Source of the DNA: an uncultured Pseudomonadota bacterium
GTDB taxonomy: Bacteria; Pseudomonadota; Alphaproteobacteria; Rs-D84
DNA: 64,000 bases
Assembly: GCA_902787305.1 (NCBI GenBank)
Contig: CADAFS010000004.1
Location: 5,582-69,581, forward strand
Direction of reading: 5' to 3'
Shown here piece after piece: positions 10,202-18,349 of the stretch. The notes beneath the pieces were generated by a model. It had not been told where the DNA came from, searched no databases, and worked only from the letters and a program-made list of their open reading frames with translations. The translations under genes were made by a program, and so were the position numbers. Positions within the stretch are counted from its first letter, which is position 1, and every line of letters begins with the position of its first letter.

Positions 10202-10414
10202 ATGAAAAAAGGCATTCATCCAGAATATCATGAAATCAATGTCACAATGACTGATGGCGAAACGGTTAAAATGTATTCTTCGGTTAAGAAAGATTTGGTT
10301 CTTTCAACCGACAATTTGAACCATTCTGCGTGGACCGGTCAACGTTCGAACACCGGTGAAAAGGGCCGCAGAACGGAAAGTTTCAAAAAGAAATACGCCG
10401 GATTCGGTTTCTAA
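10202..10414 (+). CDS. rpmE: 50S ribosomal protein L31
   Basis: MKKGIHPEYHEI... N-terminus typical of L31; 70 aa; -35/-10 (cttgct/tataat) upstream. Confidence 0.9.
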   Translation: MKKGIHPEYHEINVTMTDGETVKMYSSVKKDLVLSTDNLNHSAWTGQRSNTGEKGRRTESFKKKYAGFGF

Positions 10415-10441
10415 AATTTTTATGCAATTGGGGGGCGCATT

Positions 10442-11149
10442 ATGGATTTGCTGATTAAGGGTTCGCCGGAACTGAATAAAATGTTTATGGCGTTGCAGCG
10501 AACGGCAACCGGCCTGCGTCACGATTTTGGCGAAGTTGAAAATTTGCAACAATCCCTGCGCGGGGCGCGGGATTTTGTGCATCGTGCCGCCACACGAATC
10601 GAAGAAGAAATTTTATCAGATTTATCACTTGTTCGCCCGTCGGCGGGACTTTTGACACCGAATTTAACGCGTGACGGTGACGGACGCGATGAATTTGTTT
10701 TGGCGTTGTCGGGGGCGGAAAATTTTGTGCGTGCAAATCCACGCTTTGCAATATCACTTGCACTGCGCACGGGTTATGAAACGAAAATCGCACTTATATA
10801 TTCCCCAATTGATGAATATCTGTATTATGCGGAATCGGGCGCGGGCGCATTTGCGTATTCGGCATTTCATTCGGCACGCATTCGCGTTTCTAATATCAAA
10901 GACCCGGCGGATATGACGGCGGCATACAACGGTATTGCTGGAAATCCGCTTGGCGTTGGTGCGGTCCGTGAAACCGGTTGCCCGGCGATGGATTTGGCAT
11001 GGGTTGCCGCGGGAAAATTTGATGCATTTATGTCCGGCACAATTGATTTTGCGGAAATATGCGCCGGTGAATTGATTGTGCGTGAATCGGGCGGTAAAAT
11101 CGAAATCGGCGCCGACATCACCGCCACAAATGGAAAAATTAGTGGTTAG
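10442..11149 (+). CDS. SuhB/inositol monophosphatase-family protein, probably catalytically inactive
   Basis: C-terminal LAWVAAGKFDAF...AGELIVRESGG matches the IMPase fold. LALSGAENF stands where the DPxDGTxNF metal-binding motif is expected. Confidence 0.65.
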   Translation: MDLLIKGSPELNKMFMALQRTATGLRHDFGEVENLQQSLRGARDFVHRAATRIEEEILSDLSLVRPSAGLLTPNLTRDGDGRDEFVLALSGAENFVRANPRFAISLALRTGYETKIALIYSPIDEYLYYAESGAGAFAYSAFHSARIRVSNIKDPADMTAAYNGIAGNPLGVGAVRETGCPAMDLAWVAAGKFDAFMSGTIDFAEICAGELIVRESGGKIEIGADITATNGKISG

Positions 11150-11172
11150 TGTAAGTGTAAGTGATTAGTGTG
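11141..11172. repeat. heptamer array (copy H2, inverted orientation)
   Basis: agtggttagtgtaagtgtaagtgattagtgtg; overlaps the stop codon of the SuhB-like gene. Confidence 0.8.
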
Positions 11173-11195
11173 CGGGGCAATGCCCCGCGTTTTTT
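11172..11195 (+). terminator. intrinsic terminator after the suhB-like gene
   Basis: Hairpin gcggggc-aat-gccccgc followed by a T-run. Confidence 0.7.
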
Positions 11196-11201
11196 GCAAA
11201 A

Positions 11202-11348
11202 ATTCCAGAGTGCGAAGTTCCCCTCCATTGGAGGGGTGCCGGGTAGCACCCGGCGGGGTGGTTAGAGTGTTCTTAATAATTTCGTATTCTCTAACCACCT
11301 CCCCCTTTGGGTACTCCTCCAAGGGAGGAGAACTTTGTTTTCTGGAAT
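11202..11348. repeat. hairpin-mosaic element E1 (MITE/REP-like) with 8-bp inverted termini
   Basis: Bounded by attccaga ... tctggaat. Contains hairpins cccctcc-att-ggagggg, gccgggt-agc-acccggc and ctcctcc-aag-ggaggag. Modules are shared with elements at 31074 and 59153. Confidence 0.8.
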
Positions 11349-11377
11349 AAGTTCGTAATTACGAATAAATTCCAGAT

Positions 11378-11410
11378 ACTACTAACCACTAGCCACCAAC
11401 ACTAACCACT
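11378..11410. repeat. heptamer array (copy H3)
   Basis: actactaaccactagccaccaacactaaccact. Confidence 0.75.
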
Positions 11411-11412
11411 AT

Positions 11413-11437
11413 AAAAAATCGCCGTGGCGATTTTTTT
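11413..11437. terminator. bidirectional hairpin terminator (left bracket of gene A cassette)
   Basis: aaaaaatcgcc-gt-ggcgattttttt; near-identical to the hairpin at 12911-12938. Confidence 0.65.
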
Positions 11438-11441
11438 ACCC

Positions 11442-11471
11442 TTGACCCGATTCGGTGATTTTTGATATAAT
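11442..11471 (+). promoter_or_regulatory. sigma-70-like promoter of fibre gene A
   Basis: TTGACC (11442-47), 18-nt spacer, TATAAT (11466-71). The CTTGACCCGATTCG block is shared with the upstream region of gene B (44693-44706). Confidence 0.55.
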
Positions 11472-11732
11472 AAATTTGAATCAGATGGGAATCTGGTTCG
11501 GGGCATTAGCGTGCCTTTACACGGTCGGTGCAAAGCATCGTAATCCATTGAAAGAATTCCAGATGTTTTTGCACCGTTATTGTATTTCCCCGATTTTGGT
11601 CGGGGTGTGTCGGTTATAAAACAGGCCTTGCCAAAATCCGACAGATCATTACTGTGTATGATACGCTAACCCCCGACCGCTTGTTTTCCAACGCGGTTTT
11701 TTCATAACAACAAACAAAATGGAGAGGACACA
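11472..11732 (+). promoter_or_regulatory. long structured 5' leader with terminator-like hairpin (possible attenuator or riboswitch)
   Basis: About 260 nt between the -10 box and the ATG. Long-range stem cggtgcaaa/tttgcaccg and hairpin ccccga..tcgggg. Terminator-like accgcttg..caacgcggt plus T6 lies about 30 nt before the SD. An upstream ggtcgggg can pair instead with ccccgacc. Confidence 0.4.
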
Positions 11733-12905
11733 ATGAAAAAGATAAATTTATTCAACCGTAATACAAATTCACCGTCATACCGGCGCAGGCCGGTATCCCG
11801 TGGTATTGTAGAGAATCGTCACACCGCGGAAGCGCGGTGCCCAGGCATCGCGATAGCGATGACTTGCCCCGCAGGGGATTTTTCATCGCAAGGCGATGAA
11901 AAACATAATGTCTGCGACGCAAGTTTTTGCATTCGCAAAAACTGGATCCCGGCCTTCGCCGGGATGACGATGATTGCGATTGCGGCGTTATTTGCCACGC
12001 CATCATTTGCGGAACCAACGGAATTGGATAAAAAAACCGTGGCATCTAAGGCATATGTCGATACGAAACAGGATAAAATCACAACTGGGTTGGTGGAGTT
12101 TAATGACGATCCTGACTATATGTTGCCGGCGATTACGACATATGATTCAACAAGTGGATTGGTTGCAAATAAAATCGGTATTTTGGATTGGCAAACCGCA
12201 GATGATGTGGGTGGATTTCTCGAGAATTTTTCCTACGAGGGTGGTGGTTACGGTTCCGAAATGGATAATTATGTTCCAACCGTTCGTGCCGTAGCGGAAA
12301 GTTTGTCGGATTTACTTAACGTCAAACAAGATAAACTTTCTTTGTTATGGACAAGCACAACAAATCCGTATAATATGGCATCCATGGGTGGGGAAACGAT
12401 TGATTTGACAACGACCCCGGGGATCGTTGATCATCGTTATATCACCGCGGGTGGGTCGCAACCACTTACCAAAAAATCCGGTGCGGATAATGTTATATTG
12501 TATATCAACGGAACAAAAACATTGGCGCAGTATCAAACATCAAACTTTGGTGGAACCGGTGATGGCGCAACCACAAATCAAAACTATATCAAGGGTGCGT
12601 TGGTGTCGTTGGAACTGCTGAAAGATGTGTATAGTGCGTTGCATAATGAAATTCAAAATGCAACCCCAACCGGCACACCGGGTAATGTCGCGATGTATGA
12701 CGCAAGCACCGGTGCGTTGGGCGATGGGGTTGCAACTTATTCCGGTGCAACGGCACAAAATCCGTATAATGCGACAAATGATGCCGCCAAAATCGCCACC
12801 GCCGCCGCGGTTGAAACGAAACAAACCAAACGTGTGTGCGCCGGATACGAACCCGGCCATGAAAATGCCCCCGATTATTGTTGGCTTTGGGATTTTCCGG
12901 ATTAA
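11733..12905 (+). CDS. KAYVD-family exported tail-fibre-like protein A (signal peptide interrupted by an in-frame mosaic element)
   Basis: Strong SD ggagagg before ATG 11733. Contains KTVASKAYVDTKQDKI, ALVSLELLKDVYS and C-terminal CAGYEPGHENAPDYCWLWDFPD. Residues ~13-78 are encoded by palindromic repeat DNA. Confidence 0.7.
   Translation: MKKINLFNRNTNSPSYRRRPVSRGIVENRHTAEARCPGIAIAMTCPAGDFSSQGDEKHNVCDASFCIRKNWIPAFAGMTMIAIAALFATPSFAEPTELDKKTVASKAYVDTKQDKITTGLVEFNDDPDYMLPAITTYDSTSGLVANKIGILDWQTADDVGGFLENFSYEGGGYGSEMDNYVPTVRAVAESLSDLLNVKQDKLSLLWTSTTNPYNMASMGGETIDLTTTPGIVDHRYITAGGSQPLTKKSGADNVILYINGTKTLAQYQTSNFGGTGDGATTNQNYIKGALVSLELLKDVYSALHNEIQNATPTGTPGNVAMYDASTGALGDGVATYSGATAQNPYNATNDAAKIATAAAVETKQTKRVCAGYEPGHENAPDYCWLWDFPD
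11769..11967. repeat. hairpin-mosaic element E2 inside the 5' end of gene A
   Basis: About 150 bp aligns with 13364-13515, including identical 44-nt (11861-11904 = 13406-13449) and 38-nt (11909-11946 = 13455-13492) blocks. Confidence 0.85.
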
Positions 12906-12910
12906 ACCAT

Positions 12911-12938
12911 AAAAAAATCGCCATTTGGCGATTTTTTT
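12911..12938. terminator. bidirectional hairpin terminator (right bracket of gene A cassette)
   Basis: aaaaaaatcgcc-attt-ggcgattttttt between convergent gene A and rpmH. Confidence 0.65.
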
Positions 12939-13089
12939 AATTTGCCGCCGTAACCGCGATTCTTTTGCGGCCCGTCGCACGGCGACGATTTAATACATCG
13001 CGACCACCCTTGGTTGCCATGCGCGCACGGAACCCGTGTGTGCGAATGCGACGTGTTTTTGACGGTTGATATGTTCTTTTAGTTGCCAT
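12937..13089 (-). CDS. rpmH: 50S ribosomal protein L34
   Basis: [24 protein letters not shown]... from the internal ATG at 13089. Confidence 0.9.
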   Translation of the reverse strand: MATKRTYQPSKTRRIRTHGFRARMATKGGRDVLNRRRATGRKRIAVTAAN

Positions 13090-13350
13090 TTCAAATCCTT
13101 TTGTGCGTATATTTAACCATACCTTTTGCAAAAAAGCAAATATTTTATTTACTTTTTATCAATCCCAATTTTTGCAACGCCAACACAACAAGGTGCCACG
13201 CGAACAACGCCGCAAATAAATTATAAAAAGGTAAAAATAATTCCATAAGTTTTCCTTTTTGTTCTGTTTTACTCTATTACAAACAAATCGCTTTGTCAAT
13301 CTGAATTTTGGTGCGTGTTAATGCGCAAATAAAACGGGGCAGGGGGTATT

Positions 13351-13527
13351 ATTCCAGAACCGCGTCACGCCGCCGAAGGGCGGTGCCCAGGCCGAACGTA
13401 GTGAGGACTTGCCCCGCAGGGGATTTTTCATCGCAAGGCGATGAAAAACTTGGATGTCTGCGACGCAAGTTTTTGCATTCGCAAAAACTGGACCCCGCGC
13501 TTCCGCGGGGTGACGCCTTTCTGGAAT
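13351..13527. repeat. hairpin-mosaic element E2' with attccaga/tctggaat termini
   Basis: Intergenic copy of the element found inside gene A. Consists of a chain of short hairpins with GCA, GAAG/CTTC and AAG loops. Confidence 0.85.
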
Positions 13528-13634
13528 TTTTGCATTCCTTTTTAACCGTGTAATAAAAAATTGCTTTATTTCTTGACCCGCGCGGTAAAAATTTGCTATG
13601 TTTTATATGCGAAAAACATAAGGAAAGTTTTATC

Positions 13635-16361
13635 ATGTCAGAAATTGAAAATACAAATGAAATAAACACAATCAAAATTCCACAATCTTCGATTGAACAT
13701 GAAATGCGGACATCGTTTTTGGACTATGCGATGTCGGTTATTGTTGACCGCGCGTTGCCTGATGTGCGCGACGGTTGCAAACCGGTGCATCGCCGTATTT
13801 TATATGTTATGAACGATGTCGCACCGGCGACCAAGCCAACGGTGAAATCTGCGCGTATTGTCGGTGATGTTATGGGTAAATATCACCCCCATGGCGATAG
13901 TTCGATATACGAAGCCATGGTCCGTATGGGCCAGGATTTTTCCATGGGCGAAATGCTGGTCCAGGGGCAGGGTAATTTCGGTTCGCGCGACGGGGACAAG
14001 GCCGCCGCCATGCGTTACACCGAAGCGCGCCTTTCAAAACTTGGTGCGTCACTCATGGAAGATATGGACAAAGACACCGTTGATTGGCAACCGAACTTTG
14101 ACGGAACACTCCAAGAACCGGTTGTTTTGCCGACCAAGTTTCCAAATTTCCTTGTCAACGGTGGTTCGGGTATTGCGGTTGGTATGGCGACAAATGTGCC
14201 GACATATAATTTGGGTGAAATTTGTAATGGAATTTTGGCGATTTTGGATAATCGGGAAATTTCCGATGATGAATTGTTTGAAATTATCCCCGGTCCGGAC
14301 TTTCCGACGGGCGCGGTTATCATGGGGCGCACCGGCGCGTACAAGGCACATACGACCGGACGCGGTTCGATAATTGTTCGCGCAAAAACACATACTGAAA
14401 AATTCCATGATCACGAGGCGATTGTTGTCGACGAAATCCCGTACCAGGTAAACAAGGCGCAAATGATTATCAAAATTGCCGAACTGACCAAGGATAAAAA
14501 GATAGAGGGTATTTCTGAAATTCGCGATGAATCGTCCAAGGAAGGTCTGCGCATTGTGATTGAACTGAAACGCGATGCGATTGCGGATGTGGTTTTGAAT
14601 CATTTATTCCAATACACGGAAATGCAAACGAATTTCCCGGTGAATATGATGGCACTGAACCGCGGGCGGCCAATGTTGTTTAATGTTCGTGGTGTGTTGG
14701 ATGCGTTTATCGAATTCCGCGAAGAAGTTATTCGTCGCAGAACGATTTTCGATTTGAACAAGGCGCGTAATCGTGCACACACATTGTTGGGACTTTCGGT
14801 TGCGGTTGGCAATTTGGACGAAGTTATTGAACTTATCAAATCGTCCGCCAACCCAGAAGAGGCGCGTATTGCACTTGTATCGCGCGGGTGGCGGGCATCG
14901 GATATCGAAAATTATATTCAACTGATTGATGACCCGAACACGGAATATAAGGACGGTATGTTCTATATGTCCGAAGACCAGGCCAAGGCGATTTTGGAAT
15001 TGCAATTACATCGGCTAACGGGGCTTGAACGCGACAAATTGCACGCGGATTTGGTGGAATTAGGTGCGCAGATTCGCGATTTGTTGGACATACTTGCGTC
15101 GCACGAACGCATTGTGCAAATTATTCGTGAAGAAACCGCGGCGGTGCGCGACAATTGGGCTTCGCCGCGCCGGACGGAAATTTCTGATGCGGAAATCGAC
15201 ATCGATATCGAAGATTTAATCGCCCGCGAAGATATGGTCGTGACGGTTTCGAATACGGGCTATATCAAACGCGTTTCACTGGATACATACCGTGCGCAAA
15301 AGCGCGGTGGCAAGGGCCGCAACGCAATGACGACCAAGGACGACGACTATGTGGTTCAGGTTTTTGTTGCAAATACGCATACGCCGCTGTTGTTCTTCTC
15401 TTCCCGCGGGCTCTGCTATAAATTGAAAACATATAAATTGCCCGAAGCGGCGGCTGCGGCCAAGGGACGGCCACTGGTGAATTTATTGCCACTGGCCGAA
15501 AACGAAACGATTACTGCTATTTTGCCGGTGTCCGAAGAGGACGCGGCGGCGATACAGGAATCAGGCAAAGAACACTTCCTTATGTTCGTGACGGCATCGG
15601 GAACTGTGCGGCGCAATCGTATGGCGGACTTTGATTCAATCCGCGCGAACGGGAAAATCGCGATGAAGTTGGACGACGGCGACAGTTTGGTTTCTGTTCT
15701 GCCGTGCACCGAAGACCAAGATGTGTTTTTGGCGACCTATCGCGGGCGTTGCATTCGTTTTCCGGTTCCGGAAATTCGTGTCTTTGCCGGCCGCAATTCA
15801 ACCGGCGTGCGCGGAATCACACTTGGCAAAGATGACCGCATTATCGGTATGTCGATGCTGAATCGTGGCGAATCTGATTCCGCGGTGCGTGCGGCGTATG
15901 TAAAGCAAAGCCGTGCCGCGCGGCGTGCCGCAACCGGTATAGAAGAAGAGGCCGACAACGAAGAAGAAACAACAACGCTTGTGCTGGACGACGCGAAAAT
16001 GGCAGAAATGGCGGCAAAAGAAGAGTTTATACTTACAATTTCTGAAAATGGATTTGGAAAGCGCACCAGTTCGTATGAATATCGTCTTACGCATCGTGGC
16101 GGTGGCGGATTTACAAACATCAAACTTGGCGGGAAAAATACCGCGGTCGCGGGCTCGTTCCCGGTCACGGCGGACAACGATGTTATCATGGTGACGGACG
16201 GCGGCAAAATCATCCGCACGCCCGCATCGGATATCAGGATAGCCGGACGCAGCACTGCGGGCGTGACACTGTTCCGCACGGCGGAAAATGAAAAGGTTAT
16301 GTCGGCAATATCTATTGAATCGGACGGCGCGGACGAAATCGAAACAGAAGAAGACATATAG
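13635..16361 (+). CDS. gyrA: DNA gyrase subunit A
   Basis: SD aaggaaag before ATG 13635. [12 protein letters not shown] and [10 protein letters not shown] (active-site Tyr region). C-terminal beta-pinwheel repeats. Confidence 0.95.
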   Translation: MSEIENTNEINTIKIPQSSIEHEMRTSFLDYAMSVIVDRALPDVRDGCKPVHRRILYVMNDVAPATKPTVKSARIVGDVMGKYHPHGDSSIYEAMVRMGQDFSMGEMLVQGQGNFGSRDGDKAAAMRYTEARLSKLGASLMEDMDKDTVDWQPNFDGTLQEPVVLPTKFPNFLVNGGSGIAVGMATNVPTYNLGEICNGILAILDNREISDDELFEIIPGPDFPTGAVIMGRTGAYKAHTTGRGSIIVRAKTHTEKFHDHEAIVVDEIPYQVNKAQMIIKIAELTKDKKIEGISEIRDESSKEGLRIVIELKRDAIADVVLNHLFQYTEMQTNFPVNMMALNRGRPMLFNVRGVLDAFIEFREEVIRRRTIFDLNKARNRAHTLLGLSVAVGNLDEVIELIKSSANPEEARIALVSRGWRASDIENYIQLIDDPNTEYKDGMFYMSEDQAKAILELQLHRLTGLERDKLHADLVELGAQIRDLLDILASHERIVQIIREETAAVRDNWASPRRTEISDAEIDIDIEDLIAREDMVVTVSNTGYIKRVSLDTYRAQKRGGKGRNAMTTKDDDYVVQVFVANTHTPLLFFSSRGLCYKLKTYKLPEAAAAAKGRPLVNLLPLAENETITAILPVSEEDAAAIQESGKEHFLMFVTASGTVRRNRMADFDSIRANGKIAMKLDDGDSLVSVLPCTEDQDVFLATYRGRCIRFPVPEIRVFAGRNSTGVRGITLGKDDRIIGMSMLNRGESDSAVRAAYVKQSRAARRAATGIEEEADNEEETTTLVLDDAKMAEMAAKEEFILTISENGFGKRTSSYEYRLTHRGGGGFTNIKLGGKNTAVAGSFPVTADNDVIMVTDGGKIIRTPASDIRIAGRSTAGVTLFRTAENEKVMSAISIESDGADEIETEEDI

Positions 16362-16364
16362 GAG

Positions 16365-16985
16365 ATGGCAATGCAACAAACAGATAAAATAAAAAAAATG
16401 ACTTTGGCGGGTGTGGAAATACAATTAAAAGATCGATATAGATATTTGAAAAAAGAACCGATGTCAGAAACAAAGGATGGTTATGAATATTCTGGATACA
16501 CAATATTTGTAGGTCGGGTTCCGGTGTTTGTTGTGGGCGACCGAAAATCATTGGATCATGCAATTAAAGACCATTTTATAAAAATAGACGGTAAGTATTT
16601 TTATTATGATGCAGATGAGTTTCTCGATATTAAAAAGGATTTGATGTCAATCCCAGAAAACGAGAACTATTCCAAGCTTATTATTGCATCAAGTAAACTC
16701 GGTCCCAAGGTAACAGAATTTTTGAACAAGATAAATAAAGCGCAATCGGTGTATAGGTCAGAATCATACAAAAAAAACAGCAATGCTCTCAAATGGTTAT
16801 GGCATGTTGGAAAATATACTGTTGATACAGAAACAGGTGAAGTTTATATTCCACACAAAGAAGGACCTGAAGTAGTATATAATTTTACGGGGGTAGAAAT
16901 CCCCCAGGTCGTTAGCGCATGTAAACGTCGTAAAGCGGTATTGGATTGGCAGGCAAAACAAAACAGTGCCGAAGTTAAACACTAA
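16365..16985 (+). CDS. hypothetical protein (AT-rich ORFan)
   Basis: 206-aa ORF immediately after gyrA, visibly more AT-rich than its neighbours; no recognised motif. Confidence 0.45.
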   Translation: MAMQQTDKIKKMTLAGVEIQLKDRYRYLKKEPMSETKDGYEYSGYTIFVGRVPVFVVGDRKSLDHAIKDHFIKIDGKYFYYDADEFLDIKKDLMSIPENENYSKLIIASSKLGPKVTEFLNKINKAQSVYRSESYKKNSNALKWLWHVGKYTVDTETGEVYIPHKEGPEVVYNFTGVEIPQVVSACKRRKAVLDWQAKQNSAEVKH

Positions 16986-17056
16986 ATCATAAAGATTGCA
17001 TAACCTGATGTGTTTGTCGGTTGGCAAATAGATAAACAAATCACAATAATGGCATT

Positions 17057-17521
17057 ATGATGGAAAATAACGAATACTTTGCATCGATAAATTCTGTATC
17101 CCAAGACCTTGGGATACCGGCATACACGCTGCGCTATTGGGAAAAGCAGTTCCCAACCGTGGTGCGGCCTGTGGCGGGCGCGGGCGGCCGGCGTTACTAT
17201 CGGCCGGAAATGGTTGCGCGTCTGCGCACGATAAAGGATTTGTTGTATAACCGCGGGCTTACCATCGCGGGGGTCAAGAAAATGATACGCAGTGGTGAAT
17301 TTTCCGCGCTTGATTCGCACACATCTTGGGCACCGGCGCCACGCCCACGGCCTGCGCTGCGCCCCGAACCACGCCCGCAAAATTTTGACCCGGAATCGCG
17401 ATTGCAAAGTGTGTATGATGACTTTATGAACGAACGCCCCACGGGTGCCATATCAATTGATTTAACAAAGTTGGATATCGCGGTCGATTTACTGCACCAG
17501 GCGCGCGAACTGTTGAACTGA
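17057..17521 (+). CDS. MerR-family transcriptional regulator
   Basis: N-terminal HTH ...LGIPAYTLRYWEKQFP...GRRYY... Confidence 0.75.
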   Translation: MMENNEYFASINSVSQDLGIPAYTLRYWEKQFPTVVRPVAGAGGRRYYRPEMVARLRTIKDLLYNRGLTIAGVKKMIRSGEFSALDSHTSWAPAPRPRPALRPEPRPQNFDPESRLQSVYDDFMNERPTGAISIDLTKLDIAVDLLHQARELLN

Positions 17522-17537
17522 ACAAAAAGGAATTAAA

Positions 17538-17933
17538 ATGGCGGGAAAAATTGAAATGAACGGCATGACATATATGACAGAGGCCGAAAGACAACTTTTG
17601 CCGGAGATTGCGGGATGCCCGGCGGCATTTTTGCGCGCGAAAAATCCGTCCGAAGAATTTATGCGCGCGGCGGCTTTTCTAAATCCGCGCGTTCTTCGTT
17701 TTGTTGAAAACCAAAGTCACATGGTGCGTATGATTGCGGCAAAATTGGATTGTGCGACCGAACCGTTGATTCGCGGAATCACGCCGGAAATTCGCGTGGC
17801 ACTAAATAAAAAGAACACGCGCGGCGTAATGGGCGCGGACCTGAATCGTCGTGAAATCGAAGAATACGCGAACGCGATGAATGTTATGAAATTTGGCTTT
17901 GCCGCCGAACACCTGTACCCGCGAAAAAGGTAA
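17538..17933 (+). CDS. hypothetical protein
   Basis: 131-aa ORF 16 nt after the MerR gene. Confidence 0.45.
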   Translation: MAGKIEMNGMTYMTEAERQLLPEIAGCPAAFLRAKNPSEEFMRAAAFLNPRVLRFVENQSHMVRMIAAKLDCATEPLIRGITPEIRVALNKKNTRGVMGADLNRREIEEYANAMNVMKFGFAAEHLYPRKR

Positions 17934-18086
17934 AATGTACAGTGGCGAAAGACGGACCTGTCTCGCTGTAGCGTAAGCGAAAGCGGATGGCATCCGCCTG
18001 CGCTGGTGCTTAATCGCGTTAAAATAATAATCGGCTTGTGTGAATTCTTTTCGAAAAACGAGTCGGCTACGGCGTGATGCTCAAAT

Positions 18087-18120
18087 TTCTTAATTGTGTG
18101 CGTTGCGCACAATAACGAAA
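18087..18120. repeat. conserved tRNA-trailing hairpin (copy 1)
   Basis: ttcttaattgtgtgcgttgcgcacaataacgaaa lies directly 3' of tRNA-Glu. A 34-nt near-copy lies 3' of tRNA-Gly (28993-29026). Confidence 0.75.
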
Positions 18121-18122
18121 TT

Positions 18123-18197
18123 TGGCAGTCCCAACGGGAATCGAACCCGTGTTACCGGAATGAGAATCCGATGTCCTAACCGCTAGACGATGGGACC
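18123..18197 (-). tRNA. tRNA-Glu (anticodon read as CTC)
   Basis: Manual cloverleaf: acceptor GGTCCCA/TGGGACT, D-arm GTCT-AGCGGTTA-GGAC, anticodon loop TTCTCAT, T-arm ACGGG-TTCGATT-CCCGT, encoded CCA. Confidence 0.8.
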
Positions 18198-18349
18198 GAC
18201 AAAACAAGGTCCCATTGTCGTTTTGTCATTCTGGCGCAGGCCAGAACGATGGGACCGGCGAAACAGAACAATTTTAACCAATTTATTTTATTTTTCAATA
18301 AGTTTCACAATATATTTGACGGCCCCTTTTTTCGGCACTATACTTGGTG

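Noticed and set aside
11168-11350. Small ORFs translated from mosaic elements (also 13308..13553, 31031..31306, 30863..31213, 38553..38786, 59030..59258, 18190..18492)
   Set aside because: They are made of palindromic repeat DNA that is open in several frames and on both strands, with no SD and no protein-like composition. They are treated as repeats, not genes.
13145-13246. 33-aa hydrophobic ORF ([33 protein letters not shown]) upstream of rpmH on the minus strand, with an aagga SD
   Set aside because: Plausible as a small membrane peptide, but too short to support without conservation or expression data. Left unannotated.
13090-13350. Replication origin in the AT-rich rpmH-gyrA divergent spacer
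   Set aside because: I could not find clear DnaA boxes (TTATCCACA-like); only a weak ttatcaatc. Composition alone is not enough evidence.
18198-18262. Repeat of the tRNA-Glu 5' end (cgatgggacc at 18188 and 18247) with intervening hairpins, as a possible integration scar
   Set aside because: Only about 10-12 nt are repeated and no cargo lies between the copies. More likely these are chance matches or local hairpin modules of the mosaic family.
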